This document shows, piece after piece, positions 39,620-48,473 of a stretch of 64,000 nucleotides of DNA (the first letter of the stretch is position 1; every line of letters begins with the position of its first letter). The DNA comes from a virus (taxonomy: Duplodnaviria > Caudoviricetes). The DNA lies in IMG/VR virus record IMGVR_UViG_3300032214_001459, positions 430 through 64,429 of that record. One strand, 5' to 3'. The translations under genes and the position numbers were made by a program. The notes below the pieces were generated by a model. That model was not told the DNA's origin, searched no databases, and saw only the letters and a program-made list of their open reading frames with translations.

Positions 39620-40253
39620 AACACTCTTCCTCGAGTGATTTTGTATTCTCGTAAGGCATTGATTTTTCTTGTCCGTTTTCGTCTTCTCCAGAGATTTCCC
39701 AATTTTTATCATCTCTCAACATCTTGCAGAATGAATCTTCCATTTCTAGGAAGTCTCTGAGAACATCAATTGCGTGCATAACGTCATTCTCCGTAACAAC
39801 TGACTTAAATTGGAAATCTTCATTTTCGAAGTCATGAAAGAAGACATCTTCCTCTAATGACTTCTTCCCACCAAGCTCACGCACGATGTTCTTTGGTTTT
39901 TTCCCAGACAAAGATGAATTGAATTGAGAGTCTGTCCAGTTTGTGAGTTTTCGAAGCTTCTTCTTGCAGTTCTTCATCGTTGGGTGATGGCACCCTTCAT
40001 TTGGCCATAGACCCGTTGTTTCATGGTGAAGCCATGCACATATATTTGACAGTGGATAAAGCTCTGGGTGATTAGCAAGTATCAATCTGCAGCGTCTGAA
40101 TCCACCCGGCTTCTTCATGATTGGACGCCAGTAGCGCAGCAGACGCTCCAGGTTGCCACGTCGTGGGCCGTAGCCTCTTAAGATGTCTCCAGTGACAAGC
40201 TCTTGTGGGAGTATCCCGCCAAGTGGGTCGGCTTTAATGTTTTCGCTTGTCAT
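39609..40253 (-). CDS. Conserved hypothetical phage protein
   Basis: GNLERLLRYW...PGGFRRC...CAWLHH.TTG.WP motif. Confidence 0.75.
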   Translation of the reverse strand: MTSENIKADPLGGILPQELVTGDILRGYGPRRGNLERLLRYWRPIMKKPGGFRRCRLILANHPELYPLSNICAWLHHETTGLWPNEGCHHPTMKNCKKKLRKLTNWTDSQFNSSLSGKKPKNIVRELGGKKSLEEDVFFHDFENEDFQFKSVVTENDVMHAIDVLRDFLEMEDSFCKMLRDDKNWEISGEDENGQEKSMPYENTKSLEEECCGN

Positions 40254-40753
40254 TATTCTTCAATCTCCCTGAGCATGGACATGGCTGTCCATATAGACTT
40301 TCTCTCCTCGGTTGAGGAAAATCGCATTAATTTGTTCTCAATAGACTTTACCACTTGTCCGTCGCAGCAAGATTTACCAGATAACTGCTCTATTGATTTA
40401 CTAAATCTTGAAGCATCTTCATTTTTCTGAGAAATACTTCTCTTATTTCTGCCAAGAGATGTTTGCACGGACACTCCATCTAGAACTTCTTTCGGTATCT
40501 CTTTACTTTTTTGAATAAATATCATTTCCCATGTTTCTTTATTCTCGCCATCGTCACCATCCCAGAAAACCTTGTGGAATGGGGTTGTTTTGATTCTCTT
40601 TATGTTTCGAGCTCTAGCGACATGTGACTGAAAATCTACCATCATTACTGTTCCATCATCTTTTTCTATTGCCCCATCCATGTCGTCTGCAGAGGCGTCC
40701 AAGATGTAATAAAGCTTGCTACCACCAGATGAGCCAACTAGTGCCGCTTTCAT
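40253..40753 (-). CDS. Hypothetical protein
   Basis: 166-aa ORF, coupled to neighbours. Confidence 0.7.
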   Translation of the reverse strand: MKAALVGSSGGSKLYYILDASADDMDGAIEKDDGTVMMVDFQSHVARARNIKRIKTTPFHKVFWDGDDGENKETWEMIFIQKSKEIPKEVLDGVSVQTSLGRNKRSISQKNEDASRFSKSIEQLSGKSCCDGQVVKSIENKLMRFSSTEERKSIWTAMSMLREIEE

Positions 40754-43700
40754 ATACCAGAGCCAACTTTCGAAACAACTCTTGGCTTCTGGCCCTTACG
40801 CATTTCCTTTAGAAGTTCTTCTACAGTCTTTTTTATCTCTGCAGCTATTTCTTTCTTCAAGAGAGTCTCAACATCTTCTATACCACGCGAAGCTTTTGAG
40901 TGGGTTCTTGGGTTTTCGATGTTCAATCCTTGTGGGTGAGCGATTTTTACCTTTGAGAAACCAAGCTTTGAGTACTTATCTTTGACTTTCTTCGACATTC
41001 TGTATTCGCGTAACTTTGCCATGCTTTCGGTATTTATCTGACCAGGACCACCAACTGAATAGAAGTAATTTATTTCTTCCTGAGTGAATCCCATATCCCT
41101 CAATGACGCGGCAATTGACTCATCATTCACTACGTCCGAGATGTCTTCTTTTTCGCTTAATTTTGACAGCTTGGAATATGGGTAGTTAATTGAATCAACT
41201 TCATCTGCATCAAAACCACCAAGTATGTGTGCTTCGAAATTCTCATTTCCCTTTGTTTTGCTGTTACGGGATACTCTTGAAAAATCTCCGTCGACAGATG
41301 AGGCAAGAAGATTAACTAGCGCATCAGAGGAATCTGAGTTGGTATTAGGATTTTGAGAGTACGAAATGGCATGAGCTATATCGTCCCTGGATGTAGAGTC
41401 CATCCTTACCGGCCTGTGTCCGTTCTTTATACCGGAGCCCCTACCGTATGATGTCCTCTTTGATACCTCTGGCTTCAGAACTATCTCGACATCACCAAGG
41501 GAAGTCAATCCGTCTCCAACTATATCGCTATCTTGCACCTCAAATACTGCATCTGGGCCAACGTTGCCAACTCTATTTTTTATAACATCATTTTTCTTTT
41601 TCTGAATATCAGATTTATGAACCAGATATCCAGAGACGGGCATAAGGTCGTCTCTGACGTCCTTGGTAAGCCCTACGCTTTCGTAGTATTTTCGGATTCT
41701 TCCATATTCATCTTTGTTCTTACCAAAATCTGGTGATTCAAAACCTTTGAACGAAGAGAACCATTCAGCAGCAACGTCTTTCTTTGTGCTTTCTTTTTTA
41801 TCTCTATTTTTACCAACAGAGCGACCAGTGCTTTCGTCTACCACTGTTTTGTTATTGGTTGTTTTCTTGGTTGCGCCTGACTGACGCACTGGTACTTCTG
41901 GCTTCTCTATTTGAGCACCGGAAGCAAGTGAGAAATCTTGGAATCTGGTTTCGCCTATATCCTCAATACCCGGCTCAACCGGAATATTAATGCGTTCTGC
42001 CATTCTTGTCATGCGGTCATATAGCTTCCAACGCTTTTTGGGGTCAGTTTCAACTCTGTAGTCGTCATAGACCTTGTGAATTACTTCCTTTTCCACTGCA
42101 GACTGTGGAGTATGGAATTGCAACTCAAACCTGGTTCCATCTGGATGTACTGCGGCAATATTTATCCCCTGATATGGGTCGCCTGTTTTCCAATAGTTTT
42201 TAACAGTAAGTTTATATCCAGCTGACTGCAATTCATCGATTACAGATTTTGCTCCGCTCACATAGTTTTCCGGAGTGTATGTCATCGTGTACCTTATTAC
42301 ATCAGACATGTCTGCAGCTGCCTCTTCGGCCGTCCTGCTTCCTCTTTCGTCATTTATCTTTCTTGCTAGAGATTTAACTGATTTAAATCGTGCAGCTAGA
42401 CCAATCATTACAGCGCCATGCTTGTTGGAAAGGTCGATTAGGGTTTTAGTTATTTCTTTTTCTACAGGCTTTAGTTTTTCTCGTTGCTTGTCTGCTGCGT
42501 CAACAACATCTTCTGCGTACTTTCCGCTTTCTGGCAGTGGATTGTCCGGCTCAACTAGGTCGTATCCACCGTAGTTTGACTTACCTGGCTTCTGTTCGCC
42601 CCATGGTTTTTCAATCTTTCTAAGGTCTATGACTCGAGCTTGGATTGTCTGATTTTCAAGAGCCCTATTCATGGCGACCCTGTTATGACCATCCGATATG
42701 TACATCTTCCCGTCTACATCGATTACGAGGTTCGGGTAATATCCCTCTCTGAATGGCTCCTGACCAGATACAACTTTGTCTATAGAAGAACCTTTTAGGT
42801 GTGATTCAGTTGGAAGAATGTCTGATGATAAATCAACTTCAGTTACCTCAACTCCATCCCACCCATCCCATGCTTTTGATTCTTCAACTGATTTAACCTC
42901 GGAGTACTCAGGTTCCCATTTCATTCCATACTCACGAACAGACCTATCTCTGTTTTCCTTTAGGCCAGGAGACCTGCGCTCCCTCTTTGCGCTCAATCCC
43001 TCGATGCTTACTGGATATAGCTCAGCATCTTTAATTTTTTGCGCTAAATCTTTCACAGAATCTTGCGCGGTTTTTATATGCGCATCGAACTCCTCTTTGG
43101 ACATTGGGGTAGTTTCACCATCCTCGTAAGGAACAACCTTTCCGACAGTTTTTCCTTTTATCTCCATGTGCTCCTGGAAAACCTTTGCAAGAGTCAATGA
43201 TTCAAAAATTGATGTTTGTAGTTCATTTACCTGAACTTCGATTTTTTCATTTTCCGGAAGATGGTCATTAAGCATCTTTATTGCTGCCCACCTATGGTGG
43301 CCATCAACTACATATCCATCCCTAGAGGTTAATATTGCCCCTTGGAACCATGCGTTTTCAAGGAATGCATCTCTATTTTTATTAAACTCATCCGAACCAG
43401 GTGTGCCCCAAGATTCTCTCAAAGTCATGTATTCGTTATACATGTTTTCTGTCTGTTGATGTATCTGAATGTTGCGTAGTTGTTTTTGAGAAGCGTAAAG
43501 CTCATCTGGCTTTTTAGACTTACGCACTACAGATTGCTCTCCATCCGGAAGAACTTTCTTTAGGAATTCAATCAATTCTGGTTCTGTTGATACTTCAACC
43601 TTGGACCATTCTGTATTTTCAAAAACCCACTGTTTGTCTTCTTCTGAAACATCTGCAAACTTACTTGGATTTCCGAGTTTTTTTGAAATATCTTTATATC

Positions 43701-46700
43701 TCTTAGAGTCTTCATCTGAAAGGCCTGGCTTAGATTCATACTTTCCAGAAACGTGACCATACTTGAGTGCTCTCATCGCTGGCGAGTTTGCGCTCTTTGC
43801 AGGACCACCACTTTGTGGCATGTTTTCTCTTTTTACACCGATATTTTCGCTACAGAATACGTTCTTCTTTTTTTCATACAATGCACAAAGGTCTATGTCG
43901 TGTGTTTCCATGAAGTTCTTGATGTAGCTATTCTTCTCTGCGCCAGAAAGACCCAGCTTGTCTGCTTCATCTGATGCAACAGACTTCAGCTCAACTTCTG
44001 TCTGTAGCGCGGCATTCTTAACCATTTTGCGCTCACCCTTGTCAGGTACCTCTACTTCGTAACCAAGCGCCATTAGGGCTATTGCTCGGTCGGCAGAGTC
44101 GGTTATGTAGATTGGATTATCGGACAGCACGCTTTGTTGGCTAGAGCGCTCTAAACCAAAATCTGCTTTTAATCTTTCATCATCAAGCCTGTCTAATGCT
44201 CGACCACCAATTCCAGCCTCACGCAACTTGATGAAATCGTCTTTTGCACTTTTTGCTGTAGCGGCTTGAGATTTTCTATCTCTAAAATTGTTAACTCTTC
44301 TTGAAAGTCTGCTAGTTCTTCTTGTTTCTCCATCGGTGGAAACAGCCCCAGAAGAAAGACCAAGTGAGCGCACTTTCCCAGAAGTTGACAAATCTGATAT
44401 CTCGTCTTCATTCATCCGGACGCGAACTCTTCTGTCAAAACCGGAATGCAATTTTTGAGCAGCAGTTTCTATTCTGTTTATTATCTGCTCATTTGATTCA
44501 GTATTTAGTATCTCCTCAACTGAAACGGCGAGATTTCTATCCTCGTCCATCAAGGCCGCAATAGAGGATTTTAACGATTCAGACCTTTCCCCTGGTTTTC
44601 CAATTACTTCACTGTATTTCTCATGTCTTTTAGCTCTCAGGGACTCAGTTGTAGATTCGGAGCCAGATGAAAGCGTTAAAAACTTTTCTGAAGAAGTTTC
44701 ACCAAATTCTGCTCCAGCTGTAGAAACCTCAGAGACGATTGACTCGCTGGTCTCAGTCACCTTTATCGCATCATCAGACTTCGTTCCAGATACTTCATCT
44801 TTTCTCTTAACTGCATGCCTGTCGGCGACGAGCTGTATCTTCTTCTTTGCACCTTGTCTCCAGATTGCATCACCGGGACCATCACCAATCGATTTTGACA
44901 AATCATCAAGAACGTCAACAGTGTCCTTTTGCGATGAAATCTCTACTATGAGACTTCCGTCCTTATCTCTTCCTACAACGCGCAACTTTCCTGGTGGTAT
45001 TACGAATTGCTGCTCATCGCCCTTCTTGGCTAACGGGAATAGCCCCCTGTCGCCTTCTTTGACCTGAATAACAACACGCTTTTTCTTACTACCCTTTTCC
45101 GGCTTCCCAGGCTTCATTGAGCGTGAAAGAACCTTGCCTTGACCAAACGAGTCGATATCTATTTCTTTGCCTGGCTTGACACGAGAGAGCTTTGATGAAT
45201 CTAAGAAAACTTCCATCTCGAATGGAGTTGTTATATCCGAAGCATCAATAGCTTCCATTGCAGGTATGAGTATATTTTCAACCTGCTCATCTAGTGAGCC
45301 CTCATCTACCGATGATGGGTCGGAGTCAAGGCCGAGCCTCTTTAACCTGTTGTTTCTCTTGTTTATGGCTCTTCCAACAACAACTTGTTTTTCTGGCTCA
45401 AGCATCTGCGTTATCTCTGCAGTATTGAAGTCATCTATTTCTTTTACTGCTTCGAACTGCTGCTTGGTGATATTCCGCCTGTGCTTGGCTCTTTCCTTCT
45501 TTGCATTTAGGGCAATTTGTTCTTTGCTCTTCATCTTTTGAGGCTTGAGTTTTCCCCTCTTAGCCTCATCAACAGCCTTGCGTGATGCTGTAATTTCTTT
45601 GGTAATTTCTGCTTTCAATTCATTTCGGATTGCTCTCTCTGGTCTTGTGTCGCCAGCGGCTCTCTGATTTACTATGTGCTGCTGGATAAATATCTCCCTG
45701 TCAGCAACTGCGGTTATGTATTCATCACTGTCGGGCTTAAGCGAGGAAGCCTTCAGGTCGTAGTCTGCAATTGTCTTCATCAGTGACTTTTCATCTAGAG
45801 ATTCAGCCTCGCCGCGTAGGGAGTCAATACGAGCTTCTGTCTCTCGGCGTTTAATCATTTCTTCTGTTGCTGGTTTTTTGGCCTTATTAATCTCAAGCGC
45901 CATATCAGTTATTTCTTTATCTGACTTAGACTTTCCGTCAGAGTTGAAATCTCTATTTTTTGCAATTTCTTTTTTCTTCTTTTCCTCCAATAAGCGAAGC
46001 GGTGATTTTATTCTCTCTATTTCTTCGTCTATAGATTCAAGGGGAAGCCCGGCTTTTTCAATATCACTTCTCTCTTTTTCAAGATTGCTCAATATATCTT
46101 CCCGTATTTCAATCTCAAAAATAGTGTCAGCAAGTTTTTCGGCCAGTCCGTTTTGGTCTAAATCTTTTATTTCTTCCCTGTGCGCAGCTAGTTCGCGTTC
46201 TTCGCGTTTTATGGCAATTGCCTTTTTATCTAATTCAATTGCAGAGCGTAGATGCTTTCTGACAGGAAGAACATCTTCGCCTCTTTCATACGGCGAGAAG
46301 TATGACTCCTCGAGCTTCTCGAGCATTTCAAGGTCGGTTACTGCTCTGGCCTCAGAAGCTTTTGCTCCTATTGCGTCATCCATGAACCCAAGCGCATCAT
46401 CTATGTCGTCACCGAATATTAGACCTTCTTCCCTTAGTCCCCAAAGTTCGGCCGTTGATTCAAGGGCGTAAACCTCCATGTTCCCGCCTCTTAGCGAACC
46501 TTGTGGATAGCTTCCAGCAAGAAATGCAACATTTTCAATTTTTGACATTGCTTCTTCGAGCGAGCTTATGTTTATATCGTCCTGAGAGCCGACCACCAGT
46601 GCCGAAAGGTCCATTCCAGTTAATTTTCTAAAATCAGAAACCTCTTTAACAGCTCCGGTAAGTTTCCCTCCCTTGACCACCGGAACCTCTATGTGCCCAA

Positions 46701-48453
46701 GGGTGTCTATCTGTTGTTTTACTGCCGTAAGGAATGCTTCGCCCTGGATTGTATGGGCAATTTCGTGCAACATAATATGGCGGGCAAAAGAACGTGGCCC
46801 ATCAATTAATCCAGCCATGCCACGTGCTGTGTATTCGGTGTTAATAAGAAAGTCGGCTACAGAAGCCATTGCTTCAGCATCAGTCTTTGCGCCAACTGCT
46901 GAAACAACCAGTCTCTCGCTCGGAGACATGTTGGGGATGCCATCCTCGCCCTCCTGGTTGGTCATTATCTGTTCAAGATTTATTCTTATAACCGATTTTA
47001 TATTTGCGCCTTTAGTGTCAGCATCCCAAAGCGTATCCGCCTCAGAGTTATGAGGGAGAGGAGCTTGACGAAACTGCACCGTTCCTATCGTCCTCATGTG
47101 TTCTGGTCGAATTACAAATTGTTCAAGCAGAGAGTCAAGCATTGCCCTTTCTGTCTCGTAAAATCTTTTTTTATCAGCAGTAAATAATGCTAGTTTTTCT
47201 TCATCAGTTAGCGATGACCATTCAGGGATTGATTCAAGTCTTGATGAAATAAATTCATTTACTTCGCTCTCAGACAACCTTCCCTCAATATTTATATCCC
47301 AAATTCCTCTATTTGATAATATTTTAAGTAATGCATGCCTGTCTGCGTTTACTGCTCTTTGCTCCGGAGTGAAATCACCAGTGACCATTCTTGACTCAAG
47401 CTTTTGAATAACACTCTCAGAGCGAGCAAGATTCTTCTGTGCGATTACGGTTGCATTCTTAAACCATCTCAACCTACCTGGAACGTCAACAGTCTCTGCC
47501 GGGATTGTCGGTATCCTTTCACCTGTCTCTAAATCGAAAGATGGACTTCTTCCAGGCAGTTCGGTGCCTGGTCTGGCGATGCCAAGTCTTTCTCTCCATG
47601 TTGACTTCGCTCCAGAGGCAAGTGAAAGCGAATCGTCATTAACTTTCATTAAATCTGAAATCTTTTCAGCTATAAATTTAGCTGCCCTTTCAGCACTGAT
47701 GCCAAAACAATTTGAACCAAGATGGTCGGTGAACTGGTTAGCTGCTGGCGTACCTGGTGGGCACCTAAACTTATTGGCGGCATCCCTCATTATCCCGAAT
47801 CGTCCTGCGGTCCTAGCTAGGAGATTTCCGCCAGGAATCCTCGACTCAAGTGATTGGCCAGGAAGTCCAGCCTTAAACTCCATCTTTGGGTTACTTACGT
47901 AGTTGCTTTTTTTTCTTCTCTGCGCGCGCGACAAACCAAGACGTGGATATGCCATATCTATATTAACTTCCGACTCAGGTATTACGTCGCCTGTTTTTTT
48001 ATTAACCTGATACTTAGTGAACTGAATCTGTGGTTTTTCTTTTCTTATCTTTTGTGCAGCCTGGAAGTTAATATCCGGTTCTGTTTTAATCCACCCAAAA
48101 TTTGCATCCAGATTCATGGAGCGCTTTGACTTCCAACTAGGGTACAAAACTAGACTGCGACCCTCTTCCCATGCCTGGTTGTCCTCAACGCGAATCCCTG
48201 GAGAAGTTTCAGTAACCCCGGGTTTTGTGGTTCCAGTAAATTCACGCTTCTTATTATCAGTATCTTCATACGTTGGCTTTTTACCCATTGCCGCCTTAAC
48301 TGCAACATCGGCATTAAGTCTTGAAGAACTGAGAGACTGAACTACAGACGCACGAAATTCAATCGCTTTAGAATTGAAATTATTGCAGCACGATAGAGGC
48401 GATATCAATCGTTGAGAAACGATTACTCGTGTCTTGTTTCTATCACCCGTCAT
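40750..48453 (-). CDS. 2567-aa multidomain protein: zincin, ART-like, two ParB-like domains, RelA/SpoT-like nucleotidyltransferase
   Basis: HEIAH...ESTAELW; DEQQFVIPPG; DGHHRWAA; DGHNRVA; RFKSVKSLARK/DVIRY/YQGIN/FELQFHT; four xL(S/A)SG linkers. Confidence 0.85.
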   Translation of the reverse strand: MTGDRNKTRVIVSQRLISPLSCCNNFNSKAIEFRASVVQSLSSSRLNADVAVKAAMGKKPTYEDTDNKKREFTGTTKPGVTETSPGIRVEDNQAWEEGRSLVLYPSWKSKRSMNLDANFGWIKTEPDINFQAAQKIRKEKPQIQFTKYQVNKKTGDVIPESEVNIDMAYPRLGLSRAQRRKKSNYVSNPKMEFKAGLPGQSLESRIPGGNLLARTAGRFGIMRDAANKFRCPPGTPAANQFTDHLGSNCFGISAERAAKFIAEKISDLMKVNDDSLSLASGAKSTWRERLGIARPGTELPGRSPSFDLETGERIPTIPAETVDVPGRLRWFKNATVIAQKNLARSESVIQKLESRMVTGDFTPEQRAVNADRHALLKILSNRGIWDINIEGRLSESEVNEFISSRLESIPEWSSLTDEEKLALFTADKKRFYETERAMLDSLLEQFVIRPEHMRTIGTVQFRQAPLPHNSEADTLWDADTKGANIKSVIRINLEQIMTNQEGEDGIPNMSPSERLVVSAVGAKTDAEAMASVADFLINTEYTARGMAGLIDGPRSFARHIMLHEIAHTIQGEAFLTAVKQQIDTLGHIEVPVVKGGKLTGAVKEVSDFRKLTGMDLSALVVGSQDDINISSLEEAMSKIENVAFLAGSYPQGSLRGGNMEVYALESTAELWGLREEGLIFGDDIDDALGFMDDAIGAKASEARAVTDLEMLEKLEESYFSPYERGEDVLPVRKHLRSAIELDKKAIAIKREERELAAHREEIKDLDQNGLAEKLADTIFEIEIREDILSNLEKERSDIEKAGLPLESIDEEIERIKSPLRLLEEKKKKEIAKNRDFNSDGKSKSDKEITDMALEINKAKKPATEEMIKRRETEARIDSLRGEAESLDEKSLMKTIADYDLKASSLKPDSDEYITAVADREIFIQQHIVNQRAAGDTRPERAIRNELKAEITKEITASRKAVDEAKRGKLKPQKMKSKEQIALNAKKERAKHRRNITKQQFEAVKEIDDFNTAEITQMLEPEKQVVVGRAINKRNNRLKRLGLDSDPSSVDEGSLDEQVENILIPAMEAIDASDITTPFEMEVFLDSSKLSRVKPGKEIDIDSFGQGKVLSRSMKPGKPEKGSKKKRVVIQVKEGDRGLFPLAKKGDEQQFVIPPGKLRVVGRDKDGSLIVEISSQKDTVDVLDDLSKSIGDGPGDAIWRQGAKKKIQLVADRHAVKRKDEVSGTKSDDAIKVTETSESIVSEVSTAGAEFGETSSEKFLTLSSGSESTTESLRAKRHEKYSEVIGKPGERSESLKSSIAALMDEDRNLAVSVEEILNTESNEQIINRIETAAQKLHSGFDRRVRVRMNEDEISDLSTSGKVRSLGLSSGAVSTDGETRRTSRLSRRVNNFRDRKSQAATAKSAKDDFIKLREAGIGGRALDRLDDERLKADFGLERSSQQSVLSDNPIYITDSADRAIALMALGYEVEVPDKGERKMVKNAALQTEVELKSVASDEADKLGLSGAEKNSYIKNFMETHDIDLCALYEKKKNVFCSENIGVKRENMPQSGGPAKSANSPAMRALKYGHVSGKYESKPGLSDEDSKRYKDISKKLGNPSKFADVSEEDKQWVFENTEWSKVEVSTEPELIEFLKKVLPDGEQSVVRKSKKPDELYASQKQLRNIQIHQQTENMYNEYMTLRESWGTPGSDEFNKNRDAFLENAWFQGAILTSRDGYVVDGHHRWAAIKMLNDHLPENEKIEVQVNELQTSIFESLTLAKVFQEHMEIKGKTVGKVVPYEDGETTPMSKEEFDAHIKTAQDSVKDLAQKIKDAELYPVSIEGLSAKRERRSPGLKENRDRSVREYGMKWEPEYSEVKSVEESKAWDGWDGVEVTEVDLSSDILPTESHLKGSSIDKVVSGQEPFREGYYPNLVIDVDGKMYISDGHNRVAMNRALENQTIQARVIDLRKIEKPWGEQKPGKSNYGGYDLVEPDNPLPESGKYAEDVVDAADKQREKLKPVEKEITKTLIDLSNKHGAVMIGLAARFKSVKSLARKINDERGSRTAEEAAADMSDVIRYTMTYTPENYVSGAKSVIDELQSAGYKLTVKNYWKTGDPYQGINIAAVHPDGTRFELQFHTPQSAVEKEVIHKVYDDYRVETDPKKRWKLYDRMTRMAERINIPVEPGIEDIGETRFQDFSLASGAQIEKPEVPVRQSGATKKTTNNKTVVDESTGRSVGKNRDKKESTKKDVAAEWFSSFKGFESPDFGKNKDEYGRIRKYYESVGLTKDVRDDLMPVSGYLVHKSDIQKKKNDVIKNRVGNVGPDAVFEVQDSDIVGDGLTSLGDVEIVLKPEVSKRTSYGRGSGIKNGHRPVRMDSTSRDDIAHAISYSQNPNTNSDSSDALVNLLASSVDGDFSRVSRNSKTKGNENFEAHILGGFDADEVDSINYPYSKLSKLSEKEDISDVVNDESIAASLRDMGFTQEEINYFYSVGGPGQINTESMAKLREYRMSKKVKDKYSKLGFSKVKIAHPQGLNIENPRTHSKASRGIEDVETLLKKEIAAEIKKTVEELLKEMRKGQKPRVVSKVGSGI

Positions 48454-48473
48454 AGCGGGTATCCATGATGCCG

